A stretch of 64,000 nucleotides of DNA from a phage, in NCBI GenBank assembly GCA_014435945.1, contig GCA_014435945.1_4088.1. One strand, written 5' to 3'. The notes under the pieces were generated by a model that was not told where the DNA came from, did not search any database, and worked only from the letters and a program-made list of their open reading frames with translations. Position 1 is the stretch's first letter. Every line of letters begins with the position of its first letter. A program made the position numbers and the translations under genes. Positions 17,712-28,179 of this stretch are shown here, one piece after another.

Positions 17712-17981
17712 ATGATAACTGATGATGGAAAATATAGTTTTTCTGACGTTACGTTAGTTTCTAAAAATGGACGATTTATGTTTGAAGATAGAACTAACAC
17801 GAAGTACGTATATGAAGTTTCTCATGATATGTTTAAGTACTTACTTATCGTATCAGCCCATGCCGAAGCAATGGGTGTGAAGAACAAAGCAAACTCATTT
17901 AATTTTTTGTTTAATCAACTTGAAATGACAGAAGACTTATTCACTGCATTGTTGTATGATTATGCAGATTGGATTTCATAA
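17712..17981 (+). CDS. hypothetical protein
   Basis: 89-aa ORF. Confidence 0.4.
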   Translation: MITDDGKYSFSDVTLVSKNGRFMFEDRTNTKYVYEVSHDMFKYLLIVSAHAEAMGVKNKANSFNFLFNQLEMTEDLFTALLYDYADWIS

Positions 17982-18007
17982 ACACCTAATATACAAGGAA
18001 ATAAAAC

Positions 18008-18961
18008 ATGACTACATTATGGACTGAAAAATACCGCCCACAAACTATGGAAGATTATGTATCTAAGAACGAAGCCCTACGTCAGAAGATGGAAGAATGG
18101 ATTCGTACTGGTGATATCCCACATATTGGATTTTTTGGACCAGCAGGGACAGGTAAAACTTCAGCAATCAAAGTACTACTGAATGGTCTGGAAGCTAACG
18201 GACACCTTGACCCTAGTGATGTAACAACACTGAATATGTCAGATGAAGGTATCGATGCTGTTCGTGACAAAATTGATGCAGCAGCAAAACTATCATGTTT
18301 TGGTCGTTATCGTGTATTTGTTCTGGAAGAAATGGAACAAATGAACCACAAAGCACAGGGTAGCTTGAAACGTGTCATGGAAGATTACCATGAAAATGCT
18401 CGTTTCATTCTTACCAGTAATGAACCACATAAGATTCAGAAACCTATTATCTCTCGTGTTCAGGTCATCACCATTGAGAAGCATGATATGGAACAATTCA
18501 TGTCACGCATCTACAACGTACTATTGGCAGAAGGAGTAGATCTAAGTACTGATGAAAGTATTGAACAAGTACAAAAATACATCAATGCTTCATATCCTGA
18601 TTTCCGCAAAACGCTAAACGTATTGCAAAGTTCAGTAGTCGATGGTAAACTTGTAAAACTTGAAGACAGTATTGAGAACTCTGCTGGGTATCGTACTGCC
18701 ATTGTTGATGCACTAAAAGCTGGTAACATTCGTCAAATGCGTGAGCAGATCGTGCAAAACATTCCTGATGATGAGATGGATGCATTCTTCTCTTATCTGT
18801 ATCGTAATGCAGAAATGTTCAGTACTGATGAAATTACTCTAATGAAAATTAAGGTTAAGATTCGTGACGCTGTTGTTAAACAAGCTACTGTGTCTGACCG
18901 TGAAATGAATCTCAGTGCATTACTGTGTGAGATTGACCTAATCTGTTCGGGGAACATGTAA
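18008..18961 (+). CDS. sliding clamp loader large subunit (T4 gp44-like, RFC-like AAA+)
   Basis: WTEKYRP, Walker A GPAGTGKTS, Walker B VLEE, YPDFRKT motif shared with T4 gp44. Confidence 0.8.
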   Translation: MTTLWTEKYRPQTMEDYVSKNEALRQKMEEWIRTGDIPHIGFFGPAGTGKTSAIKVLLNGLEANGHLDPSDVTTLNMSDEGIDAVRDKIDAAAKLSCFGRYRVFVLEEMEQMNHKAQGSLKRVMEDYHENARFILTSNEPHKIQKPIISRVQVITIEKHDMEQFMSRIYNVLLAEGVDLSTDESIEQVQKYINASYPDFRKTLNVLQSSVVDGKLVKLEDSIENSAGYRTAIVDALKAGNIRQMREQIVQNIPDDEMDAFFSYLYRNAEMFSTDEITLMKIKVKIRDAVVKQATVSDREMNLSALLCEIDLICSGNM

Positions 18962-19587
18962 TGAAAGACCGTTGTATTGTATTCGACTGTGATGAAGTAC
19001 TACTAGATCACATTGGTTCATTAGGAGAATACGCAAAACTCCAATATGATATCAACCCAACAACACCATACCCACTCGCATACGATTTATCTGAATGGTT
19101 TGGTGTTTCACGAGAAAAAGTTCAAGAGATCATTACTGAATTCAATCAACGTTCGTATATGTTTGGATTACTAAAACCTGTAGAAACTAACACTGTAAGT
19201 ATTATGCATGAACTGCGTGATCGTTTTTACAAGGAAAAATTCATAGTACTGACTAAGTGTGGCAAGAAAGGTTATAGCGAGGTACTTCGCAATACTAATC
19301 TTATGCATGTATTTGGTGAGACATGTTTTGATGAAATCATCATTGTTGAAATGAATGAATCTAAGCATGAAGCACTAGTAGAATTAAAAGAACGATATGA
19401 CGTAAAACTGATGATTGATGATTATATCAATAATATTGAAACATCAATGGAATTGGGTATCCCATCAGTTATGATGCGAGCGTCTCACAATCATATGTAT
19501 AAAAATGGTTATGGGTATGACTATGTTAACAACTGGGATGAACTACGTTTAAAAATCTATTCAGTACTGTCGAAATATTACCAATAA
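18961..19587 (+). CDS. HAD-family 5'(3')-deoxyribonucleotidase-like protein
   Basis: N-terminal FDCDEVL (DxDxV) HAD motif I. Confidence 0.55.
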   Translation: MKDRCIVFDCDEVLLDHIGSLGEYAKLQYDINPTTPYPLAYDLSEWFGVSREKVQEIITEFNQRSYMFGLLKPVETNTVSIMHELRDRFYKEKFIVLTKCGKKGYSEVLRNTNLMHVFGETCFDEIIIVEMNESKHEALVELKERYDVKLMIDDYINNIETSMELGIPSVMMRASHNHMYKNGYGYDYVNNWDELRLKIYSVLSKYYQ

Positions 19588-19602
19588 TATAGTAAAAACA
19601 AT

Positions 19603-19630
19603 GGGGATTATTTAATCCCCTTTTATTGTT
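19603..19630 (+). terminator. intrinsic terminator
   Basis: GGGGATTA / TAATCCCC then TTTTATTGTTTTTT. Confidence 0.6.
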
Positions 19631-19686
19631 TTTTAAAAGTAGTAAATAGTATTATATGTGCTAGTTTTTTAAGGATAATATAAAAC

Positions 19687-20253
19687 ATGGATGATTTAGA
19701 TTATACAGATAATGCAGTCCAGCAGTTGTATGATAACAGCGGTATGCTAGATATACTTCTGGCTGTTGAAAAATATTTTGATGATAATGATTTGTACGCA
19801 TATCATGGTATCATCGAAGGTGAACTTGTTGAAGGTCCGATTGTTAGTAAGTACTGGTGTACTGTGACATTCAAATACTATCGTGAGAATTTCCCTGATC
19901 CTACTGCATTCTCAATTCTTGAGAAGCACGGGACTAAGGTATATGTGAAAGCAGATTATGAAATTACACCTATTCAAGAACCTAACCGTCAGGCTGATAT
20001 GAAGAGTGTGGCAACGCAATCTGGTTCTGTTCGTATTCCGAAAAATGAACGAATTCCAGTTCTATTGGTTCGTGTACAAATTCCTAGAAACCTAATCAAC
20101 CCTGAAAGTTTTGATGAATACAAACTAATGGCTTCCGAGTTCAATAGTAATCCTATGAATGCACAAGAACCATCAGATGAGCCAATTACTGGTGAAGATG
20201 TTGATTTAGATGTAGAAGTATCTGATGATGTACAACAAGGTGGTATGCAATGA
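19687..20253 (+). CDS. hypothetical protein with acidic C-terminus
   Basis: 188-aa ORF. Confidence 0.5.
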   Translation: MDDLDYTDNAVQQLYDNSGMLDILLAVEKYFDDNDLYAYHGIIEGELVEGPIVSKYWCTVTFKYYRENFPDPTAFSILEKHGTKVYVKADYEITPIQEPNRQADMKSVATQSGSVRIPKNERIPVLLVRVQIPRNLINPESFDEYKLMASEFNSNPMNAQEPSDEPITGEDVDLDVEVSDDVQQGGMQ

Positions 20254-20930
20254 AAAAGAAACTAAATGAACAAGGTTTACGTCCACAAGTACTAAAGGAT
20301 TTGATTCATCCTATTATTAGTGTAGATGAATATACTCCTAAGATTGAAGATAGTAATATCGTTGTTATGTTTCAAGTACTAAACAACTTTGATGCTGCAT
20401 ATGACCTGTCATCTTTTATTGAGAAGTCTCCAATTGATGCAGTTGATACTGAAGCTGCTGAAACACCTAACCTGGATGGTCGTTATCAGGTATTCGTTGA
20501 AATGGAACGTGATGCGGAATTTCCAGAAAACCTACTTCGTCTTATCAAAACTATTGAAAACATTTGCCCAAATCCTGGCTGGAAGATTCAGCTTTATGGT
20601 GTAAATGATCCGATTGATGTTGATTTTGATGAAATTCAACAACGTATCGATTTGGGTATTCCTAAATCCATCAGTGAATTTTTAGACTTTGCTGGTGTAT
20701 CTGTTGTTAAAGAAGGTCACATGCTTGCACTAAACACTGCATATGGTAAATTACATTACAGTACTGGTAGTGGCTTTGTGTCAGAAGCATACGTAAAACA
20801 GCTTCTATCGAACGATACACAGGTAGATACATCTCGCTTAAGTTCGGTACTAGGTGAAAGTTATAGCGTCCTACGTAGTGGTAATCAGTATGTAGTAGGC
20901 AAAGATGGGAAGTATTTGGTGTTACGATGA
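20250..20930 (+). CDS. hypothetical protein
   Basis: 226-aa ORF, ATGA-coupled. Confidence 0.5.
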   Translation: MKKKLNEQGLRPQVLKDLIHPIISVDEYTPKIEDSNIVVMFQVLNNFDAAYDLSSFIEKSPIDAVDTEAAETPNLDGRYQVFVEMERDAEFPENLLRLIKTIENICPNPGWKIQLYGVNDPIDVDFDEIQQRIDLGIPKSISEFLDFAGVSVVKEGHMLALNTAYGKLHYSTGSGFVSEAYVKQLLSNDTQVDTSRLSSVLGESYSVLRSGNQYVVGKDGKYLVLR

Positions 20931-21745
20931 GAATTTTAAACATGCTTAAATCTCTCCATGAGACTACCAAACTTCACCAAGACGACAAGTATCATCGTAG
21001 TACAACTAAAGATTTGGCATGTAGGATGTATATGAGACGATTCGAAATTTCTCGAATCGGTAAAGGATGGGACGATATCAAGCGTGAAGATATCGACCCT
21101 GATGCAATATTCAAAGCATACATGGCACGAAAAGTTTTTATCAACGAGAAAACTTTTTACATTGACAGCGACAAAGAACTTGAAGTAAAATTTACGAAAG
21201 GCTTGTGGAAGATTTGGTGCTTAGAGACGTTCGGTGAAGTTTTACCAGAGCCACCAGTACCAGAAACTTACAAAGAACTAAAAGCTATATTTGACAATGA
21301 ACATATACATACAAATTACTCACTATATGAAACTGTTTCAGAAGCAGTTTTTTATGGAGAGTTGAACGGTCATAACAAGTACTTTGATAGTATGGTGAGT
21401 TTTGATTTATTCTGTCATCTCCCTGGTATCTCTAGTTGGACATGTGACCAGCATCGAGCTAGTAAGGTAGACAAGCGTAAGTTCTCTGCCCAACGCTTTA
21501 TGCAAGCTGCTATGGGTATGTACAAATTGGATTATCTTGGGTGTCCAGAACCATATAAACATTTTTGGAAAGAACGTGCACAAAAGTGCATGAACTACTG
21601 TATAATTCGTTTAATGGATTCATACATTTTGAAATTCAGAAATGCAACTGTGTATGATATGCCGGAGCCACCGAAGAATGAAAAGTACCCACCAGTAAAA
21701 ACATTTGTGTGGTACAAGGACAAGAGTAACAAAAGGATGCACTAA
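20927..21745 (+). CDS. hypothetical protein
   Basis: 272-aa ORF followed by terminator. Confidence 0.5.
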   Translation: MRILNMLKSLHETTKLHQDDKYHRSTTKDLACRMYMRRFEISRIGKGWDDIKREDIDPDAIFKAYMARKVFINEKTFYIDSDKELEVKFTKGLWKIWCLETFGEVLPEPPVPETYKELKAIFDNEHIHTNYSLYETVSEAVFYGELNGHNKYFDSMVSFDLFCHLPGISSWTCDQHRASKVDKRKFSAQRFMQAAMGMYKLDYLGCPEPYKHFWKERAQKCMNYCIIRLMDSYILKFRNATVYDMPEPPKNEKYPPVKTFVWYKDKSNKRMH

Positions 21746-21765
21746 GGTGCGTCCTTTTTTCTTTT
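21734..21765 (+). terminator. intrinsic terminator
   Basis: AGGATGCAC / GTGCGTCCT then T-run. Confidence 0.55.
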
Positions 21766-21775
21766 AAAAAATGGT

Positions 21776-21804
21776 TTGACAAATACATCGTGTGTATGTA
21801 GAAT
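21776..21804 (+). promoter_or_regulatory. sigma70-type promoter
   Basis: TTGACA-N17-TAGAAT. Confidence 0.55.
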
Positions 21805-21844
21805 GTACGTATCGTATCAATTTTAATTAATTAAGAGGTTAGTA

Positions 21845-22972
21845 ATGAAAGGAAAATATTTTTTCATTGACAACGGCAAAGAAGTTGAAATCAAAGAATT
21901 TAACTTCAACTACGTTCTTAACTCACTGTTAAAACAGTATGATCGTTCATCGAATCGAAAATATATGTATACCATTGTTGTGGACAGAACATACGATTCA
22001 TTGGGAAATCCACATTTCGACACCCGTTCACTTTCACTCGACGAGATCTATTTTGATAATCGCCGTTTGAAGGTAATGGATTTGATGAAAGATAAAATTC
22101 ATTTCTCAAATGTGAGAATCGTTCCAGATCTCCCAATTCCTCCGTTAGAGAAGGAGTACCGAGACTGGAAGGAAGGTAAACTTCGTCCAAACATGGCAGC
22201 AGTAGCTACTTCACCAGAAGTTCCGGCTCCTATTGTTCTTAAGAAGAAACCTATCGACCCTGAATGTGAGATGGTTGCTGACATTGAACGTTGGATGGAA
22301 TTCCCAGATACAATTAAAAAAGATTCGGTAAAAGTACTGGATTGGTATGTTAACCTCCCAGTATGTGCACAAGAAGTTGGTATGAAGATTCAGAAGATCT
22401 CTGAGCGACAATTGGATTTGAACGCAGCACTACAACAACACAGTGATTATATCCGTTTATTAATGGGTAACCTTACAACAGCACTGGAAAAGTTATTCCC
22501 GTTGAAGCCTACCTTTGCACAGAAGTTGTTTGGGAAAGCAGATATCAAAGTTCAACCATCTGATTTACCAAAAGTAATGAAAGCATTGAATGAGGCCGTG
22601 AAGTACGATACTAACAAGTTTAGTGGTATTACGTCTTTATTCACTGAAATTCGTGATGAAGTTCGTGAAATCAAAAATGAACTTGAGTATGGTAAGATTG
22701 GGTGTGAATATGCAATTCGTCGTTTGGAAGATCCATTTGAATATGAACTAACGCTTGAACGTATTATGAAAATGGGTATTTCAACAGCAATGACTGAAAC
22801 TAGTATTGTTGGTGTTAGTAAGCAGTATCAGATTGATATGAGCCGAATGATTGATATTCAAACTATCACTATCCCATTGATTATAGGTCGTTTACAAGCT
22901 CAAACTGGTAAAGCAGTCGATGAAGATACTGCCAATATCATTCGCAACCTAGCGTATGGAAATAAAGAGTAA
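21845..22972 (+). CDS. hypothetical protein
   Basis: 375-aa ORF downstream of promoter at 21776. Confidence 0.55.
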   Translation: MKGKYFFIDNGKEVEIKEFNFNYVLNSLLKQYDRSSNRKYMYTIVVDRTYDSLGNPHFDTRSLSLDEIYFDNRRLKVMDLMKDKIHFSNVRIVPDLPIPPLEKEYRDWKEGKLRPNMAAVATSPEVPAPIVLKKKPIDPECEMVADIERWMEFPDTIKKDSVKVLDWYVNLPVCAQEVGMKIQKISERQLDLNAALQQHSDYIRLLMGNLTTALEKLFPLKPTFAQKLFGKADIKVQPSDLPKVMKALNEAVKYDTNKFSGITSLFTEIRDEVREIKNELEYGKIGCEYAIRRLEDPFEYELTLERIMKMGISTAMTETSIVGVSKQYQIDMSRMIDIQTITIPLIIGRLQAQTGKAVDEDTANIIRNLAYGNKE

Positions 22973-22980
22973 AAAAGTAG

Positions 22981-23009
22981 TTGACAGTACTGAGTGTTGC
23001 CTGTAGAAT
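22981..23009 (+). promoter_or_regulatory. sigma70-type promoter
   Basis: TTGACA-N17-TAGAAT. Confidence 0.55.
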
Positions 23010-23055
23010 GTTTATCACTGAGCAACACTATCTTAAATTAACTGAGGAATACACA

Positions 23056-24198
23056 ATGTCCGAGAAAGAAATCAATCCGAAAAAAGCAACAGTTAAACAA
23101 GCCAAAGCAACCAAAACTGCCAAACGTACTACCAAAACAGCAGCACACACAATTGACGCAACTGATATCTTCGAACAACAGTCCAAGTCACTTCCAGTAC
23201 TGAAAGATACTAAAGGCAACAGTATGGCTTTAACTGTGCAGAATATTAATACCATCGGAACCACTGCTGGGGCAGGTGTTGGACGTTTGGCTGATGAAAT
23301 CATGTCAAAAGTTAACGTAACTGATGATAATACCGAATTCGGTAAGTCTATTACTACTATCTTGACATTGACTCGTGCAGTTGATATTGATAGTCTACAG
23401 GATGATAAATCAATCGTAGGCTGGGTCAAAAAACTTTTTGTTAATGCTAAACAGAAAGTTGGCGATCAGTACAAAAACAGTAAAGAACAAATTGATGAAA
23501 TCATGAACACTCTTCAGGTTGGTATTAACCGCCAGCATGGGGAATGTGCATGGCTAGACACTGCTTACAACGAAAACAAAAACTATCTCTTTGAACTACG
23601 TGATACGTTAGTTGAGTTGGAAGAAGTTACCAAAGCACAAGATGCTGAATTGGTAGCAATGCAAGCGAACCCTGACGTTGATTCTTTTGCAATCCAGGAG
23701 CAAAAGATGATTTGTGAAGCTCTATCTAAGCAGGAAGATAAGATTCGTCGTCTTATCATGATGTGTGAACTGAGCGGTCCTCGCCTGATGAGTATGAAGA
23801 AAGTAAACCTCAACACTGTTTCTAAGTTTGAGGATTTGAAATCAGTTGTTATTCCAGCATGGAAATCACAATTGGCTGAACAGTTGATTTCCGAACGTCA
23901 ACGTAAAGACAATGAGTTGGGTAATCTGATTGACAATGAAACTAACCGTTTACTCGAAGTAAACTCTAAAATGGTAGCAACTAACATGTTGGATGCTGCT
24001 AAAGCAAATAATCGTGGTATCGTGGATATTAAAACATTGCGTAATGTACACAAAACAATGATCGATAGCATCGAAGCAGTACTGATTGAAGAGAAGAAAG
24101 GTAAAGAAGAGCGTGAGCGAGCTAAGATTGAAATCGCAAAACTCTCTCATGAACTTGAAGATACTCTTCGTGAAATTGCTGAAAAAGCTAACAAGTAA
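23056..24198 (+). CDS. coiled-coil protein, possibly TelA-like
   Basis: ATG 23056 with GAGGAA SD, downstream of promoter 22981..23009; long helical protein; family assignment tentative. Confidence 0.4.
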   Translation: MSEKEINPKKATVKQAKATKTAKRTTKTAAHTIDATDIFEQQSKSLPVLKDTKGNSMALTVQNINTIGTTAGAGVGRLADEIMSKVNVTDDNTEFGKSITTILTLTRAVDIDSLQDDKSIVGWVKKLFVNAKQKVGDQYKNSKEQIDEIMNTLQVGINRQHGECAWLDTAYNENKNYLFELRDTLVELEEVTKAQDAELVAMQANPDVDSFAIQEQKMICEALSKQEDKIRRLIMMCELSGPRLMSMKKVNLNTVSKFEDLKSVVIPAWKSQLAEQLISERQRKDNELGNLIDNETNRLLEVNSKMVATNMLDAAKANNRGIVDIKTLRNVHKTMIDSIEAVLIEEKKGKEERERAKIEIAKLSHELEDTLREIAEKANK

Positions 24199-24201
24199 TA
24201 G

Positions 24202-24230
24202 TTGACACAAGAGTGCGTTTTCAATATAAT
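24202..24230 (+). promoter_or_regulatory. sigma70-type promoter embedded in terminator hairpin
   Basis: TTGACA-N17-TATAAT. Confidence 0.55.
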
Positions 24231-24257
24231 GTTCTTATTGAAACGCACTCTTTTTTA
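24211..24257 (+). terminator. hairpin plus T-run overlapping promoter -10
   Basis: GAGTGCGTTT / AAACGCACTC with 20-nt loop then TTTTTT. Confidence 0.45.
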
Positions 24258-24279
24258 ATATACTGATAAGGAACGAAAT

Positions 24280-24969
24280 ATGAAACGTCGTCATGTTAGT
24301 GTTGATATTGAAGCTCTCGGAACTCCTGAAAACTCTGGTTATGATATTATTATTCCAAATTATGCAGCAGTAGTTGTTCCAAGTAAACCTGAACATGATA
24401 TCAGACAATTTGTATATGTTAAGTTACCATACCAAGCACAAGTCAACGCTGGGCTGAAATCAGATGCAGGTGCAATGGATTTCTGGATGAATACATGTCA
24501 GAAGGAATATCCTAATGCATATGCTGAAGTTGCCAGTACTATGGCACTTGTTGCACCAGAATTGTACGGTCCTAATGGTAAATCCAAACAAATCTTTACT
24601 TCTAATGGTATTGTCGATTTCTGGAAAGATATCCGTTTTGATTGTTATGGTAACGAGGTTGAACATTCAATTTGGGGAAATGGCTGCAACTTCGACTGTA
24701 GTATTTTACAAGCTAATCACTTAAAACTATTAAATGTTGGTGATTTGTGGAAATATGATGCTCCTGAAAACGCACGAACCCTGAAGCGTTTATTGAATGA
24801 AGAAGCTCGTACCGAAATGGATGAGATTGTGTCAGTGCAGTTAGCTAAATTCGTGAAGTATGTAGAAAAATGTGGTATTGATGGTTTGGAATTACATCAC
24901 CCTCTGTATGATGCAGCACGTGAAGCTATCCAAATCTCCTATTGTCTCAATAAACTTAAACTGGACTAA
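24280..24969 (+). CDS. DEDD-type 3'-5' exonuclease (DexA-like)
   Basis: VSVDIEALG (Exo I) and HHPLYDA (Exo III) motifs. Confidence 0.6.
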   Translation: MKRRHVSVDIEALGTPENSGYDIIIPNYAAVVVPSKPEHDIRQFVYVKLPYQAQVNAGLKSDAGAMDFWMNTCQKEYPNAYAEVASTMALVAPELYGPNGKSKQIFTSNGIVDFWKDIRFDCYGNEVEHSIWGNGCNFDCSILQANHLKLLNVGDLWKYDAPENARTLKRLLNEEARTEMDEIVSVQLAKFVKYVEKCGIDGLELHHPLYDAAREAIQISYCLNKLKLD

Positions 24970-24972
24970 TAC

Positions 24973-26067
24973 ATGAATTTTATTATTCTGTTGATTCCTT
25001 CACTTATCGTTGTATTTGTTATGAAATACATGTATGATAAGCATATCAGTACTAAAGAACTGTTGATTCATATTGGTTGTTGTATAGTTGGTGCTGCTCT
25101 TGTGCTTGGTATCTCATATGCAATCAACTACAGTCAATTGTACGATGTAGAGATTCTAAATGGGCAGGTAACATCCAAATATAATCACAAGGAGTTTTGT
25201 ACACAATCAAGCTCATGTAAGCATTACACGTGGCACGAGAAATGCAGAACTCGTTATGATAGTAAGGGGAAATCCCATCGTGAATGTGAGTCCTATAAGG
25301 TATTTGATTATTCATACGAAGTTGACTGGTATGTAAAAAGTACTGTAGGGAAGTTTGAGATTAATCGAGTAAACCGTCAGGGTACAATGACCCCTCCACG
25401 CTGGCAACAGGTTAACATTGGGGATTATGCTGCCGCAGAAAGTTCTTATATTAACTATCTGTTCGCTGATAAAAACTCATTGTTCAGTCCTGATGAATTA
25501 CATGAAATGTATGATGAGAAATATCTTAGTACTTTACCAGAATACCCAAGTGTGGTAGACTATTATAAAACACACCATGTAATCAACACTACTAATTATA
25601 ATGTAGATGGTTATGATGAGTATCTGCGTGAAGAACTAAAAACTATGGGTGCACGTAAACAAGTCAACATCCAAGTTTTGGTTTATGATTATAAAAACGT
25701 AGATTTTGTTGAGGCAACACTCGCTTCGTGGCGTGGTGGTAAGAAGAATGATGTTATTATGTTCTTTGGAATTGATAATGATGGGAAGATTGTTAAATTT
25801 GATAGCACTTCCTTTGCACAAGGCATGAAGAACGAAGAACTACATGCTAAGATGCGAATGGATGCATTAAATGAAAAATTAACTCTTGACTTGTTGAGCA
25901 AAGAAGTGCATAATATTGACACAAAGTTTGAAAGACTCTCTAATAAAGAGTTCGAGTACTTGTCTGTAAAAATGGAACCACGTAAAGATGTTCTCATCGG
26001 TGCTTCTATTTTGTTACTGATTGTATCTATTTTCATTGGCCTTTATATGAGGGATAACAAGTTATGA
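24973..26067 (+). CDS. membrane protein
   Basis: N-terminal and C-terminal hydrophobic helices, Cys-rich segment. Confidence 0.5.
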   Translation: MNFIILLIPSLIVVFVMKYMYDKHISTKELLIHIGCCIVGAALVLGISYAINYSQLYDVEILNGQVTSKYNHKEFCTQSSSCKHYTWHEKCRTRYDSKGKSHRECESYKVFDYSYEVDWYVKSTVGKFEINRVNRQGTMTPPRWQQVNIGDYAAAESSYINYLFADKNSLFSPDELHEMYDEKYLSTLPEYPSVVDYYKTHHVINTTNYNVDGYDEYLREELKTMGARKQVNIQVLVYDYKNVDFVEATLASWRGGKKNDVIMFFGIDNDGKIVKFDSTSFAQGMKNEELHAKMRMDALNEKLTLDLLSKEVHNIDTKFERLSNKEFEYLSVKMEPRKDVLIGASILLLIVSIFIGLYMRDNKL

Positions 26068-26618
26068 ATGGTAAAATTATTGCATTGATTGGTGTTGTTG
26101 TTGTATTCGGTCTTATGGCAATTGGTTCAGTTAGTATGTATGTAGATGCACATGACCGTGCTGTTGAATTTGAAGGTAATATTAAAAAGTACTATGATGC
26201 ATCAGAAAGTCAACTAAGTAAATACACTCTTGTCATTCAAGAAAAAGTACAAGTTTCTGATAAGTATAAGGATGCATTGAAAGAAACCATCGAAACATAC
26301 TTTAAAGGTCGTGAAGGTGTTGACCAGAAGTTTGTGATGTCACAGATTCAACAACAGGTTCCTAATCTCGATCCTAAGATTTATCAAGAACTTATGGTAA
26401 CTATCGAGTCAGGACGTACACAGTTCAACAATCTTCAGAAAATGAAAATTGACCAGTGTACTGATTATGCTAAGTTCCGTAAAGGTTTCTGGAACTCCAA
26501 AATTCTTGATACTAACACATTCCCAAGTGAAAATATTGAACATTTATGTACAGTAGTTTCTGATACACGCACTAAGAAAGCAATGGATACTGGTATCCAA
26601 GAAGTAATTAAACTATAA
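26064..26618 (+). CDS. LemA-like membrane-anchored protein
   Basis: N-terminal TM followed by helical domain resembling LemA; tentative. Confidence 0.35.
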   Translation: MNGKIIALIGVVVVFGLMAIGSVSMYVDAHDRAVEFEGNIKKYYDASESQLSKYTLVIQEKVQVSDKYKDALKETIETYFKGREGVDQKFVMSQIQQQVPNLDPKIYQELMVTIESGRTQFNNLQKMKIDQCTDYAKFRKGFWNSKILDTNTFPSENIEHLCTVVSDTRTKKAMDTGIQEVIKL

Positions 26619-26627
26619 TCTAAATTT

Positions 26628-26653
26628 GGGAGTACATTGTACTCCCATTTTCT
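26628..26653 (+). terminator. intrinsic terminator
   Basis: GGGAGTAC / GTACTCCC then ATTTTCT. Confidence 0.55.
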
Positions 26654-26665
26654 ATAGGATTTATT

Positions 26666-27253
26666 ATGTTTTTAAAAAATACTTATGAATTAATTAAAAT
26701 GCTTCAAAATATGAATTCCGGTGGTCTATTCCCGTATCACTCTGAGGATAAAACTCATCGTTTAGTTTTGAAATTGGATGAAACTGGGCGTATTGCATCA
26801 CTAAGAACGGCTGTTCCAAATATAGATCAAGTAATTATGCCAACAACTCCGAATTCAGGAACTGCTGTTAATACACCACAAACATACAACTCAAACTACC
26901 AACACCCACAGATGTATACGATTAGTACTCCATCTATTACAAGAGTTGCTTGTATTGTTACTATAAAAGTATCAAAAGACTATCGTGATTTAATATCAGT
27001 TGAATGGTCGGAACTAACATCAGCATTTGCAAACAATGGGCTTGTTGTAACAAATTCTGGTATAGCAGTCAATGCAAAAGAAGGACAACAGATAATGAGT
27101 GCGTTGTATCTTAGCAATGGTTATGTTATCATTAATGGGAAGTTGTATTGTAACACCGAACCAGAAGCACTCACTGAAGATTTGATTAGTGAAAAAGAAT
27201 ATAGTCTTCTTGAAATTATGAATTTAAAAAAGGTATATGAAAACTGTGATTAG
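26666..27253 (+). CDS. hypothetical protein
   Basis: 195-aa ORF. Confidence 0.45.
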   Translation: MFLKNTYELIKMLQNMNSGGLFPYHSEDKTHRLVLKLDETGRIASLRTAVPNIDQVIMPTTPNSGTAVNTPQTYNSNYQHPQMYTISTPSITRVACIVTIKVSKDYRDLISVEWSELTSAFANNGLVVTNSGIAVNAKEGQQIMSALYLSNGYVIINGKLYCNTEPEALTEDLISEKEYSLLEIMNLKKVYENCD

Positions 27254-27821
27254 ATTTGATCAAGACGATTTGCCATTTATCCAAGAACTAGAAGAACTAG
27301 TTACGGTAACGATGCAGGAAATTAGTTCATGGGATATAACAGTTTTTAGGAACGTATATGATAAAATCACAAACTTTAAAACTGTTAATATTGAGGTAAA
27401 ACACAATAACTTTTACTTAACAAAAGAATTCATTCTAAAAAGACCAGGAACGATCCAACCGAAACGTAGTTTGTCTTTTGCTCAAGTTCTCGGTGCTAAG
27501 ACAAGGGATGATGATGATTTGAATGAATCAATATATTCGTATATTAAAGAGCGTTCTCCTGATGTTAAGAAGAGATATTACCTTTGTGTTACATTTGATG
27601 AACAAGGAAAACTAAATGCGTATTCTATAAATTCATCAGCACACGTCCCATTACATTCAACGTCAATTGGTGATAAACAATTACTAATCGATTCATCAAC
27701 ATGGCATAATAGGGAAAATTTTGCCACTGAAACTTTTCAGTACTCGGTATCTGAACCAAAGTCTCCATTTGATTTTGTGTTTGTTAATAACATCCTTTTA
27801 CGTTTTGGTGTAGGAGTCTAA
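27237..27821 (+). CDS. hypothetical protein
   Basis: 194-aa ORF. Confidence 0.45.
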   Translation: MKTVIRFDQDDLPFIQELEELVTVTMQEISSWDITVFRNVYDKITNFKTVNIEVKHNNFYLTKEFILKRPGTIQPKRSLSFAQVLGAKTRDDDDLNESIYSYIKERSPDVKKRYYLCVTFDEQGKLNAYSINSSAHVPLHSTSIGDKQLLIDSSTWHNRENFATETFQYSVSEPKSPFDFVFVNNILLRFGVGV

Positions 27822-27823
27822 AT

Positions 27824-28177
27824 ATGCTAATTTATTTGAGTGTTCTTGTTATTTCATTACTGGTATCATTAGCAGTACTGAAAGTTGTTGCCATCGGTCG
27901 TAGTAAAATGGATAGTACTGAAACCAGTTCTGTGTTGGACCTAATAATGGATCATCCAAAGATCTGTACTGGGATTGTTGTGTTTGTTCTTCTTATAGGA
28001 ACATTCATTGTACGTACACATTTATACAATATGTATGACTGTAGTGTTCGTTCAATTTCCCAGGGTGTTGAAACCGACTATAGCTGGTACTATGAGAAAT
28101 GTCGCTTCAAAAACCAGCATGGTATTTGGGTTGATTTTGATAAACTGCGTGGCACACCATCTGGTGAAGAAGAGTAA
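27824..28177 (+). CDS. membrane protein
   Basis: two hydrophobic helices. Confidence 0.45.
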   Translation: MLIYLSVLVISLLVSLAVLKVVAIGRSKMDSTETSSVLDLIMDHPKICTGIVVFVLLIGTFIVRTHLYNMYDCSVRSISQGVETDYSWYYEKCRFKNQHGIWVDFDKLRGTPSGEEE

Positions 28178-28179
28178 TT

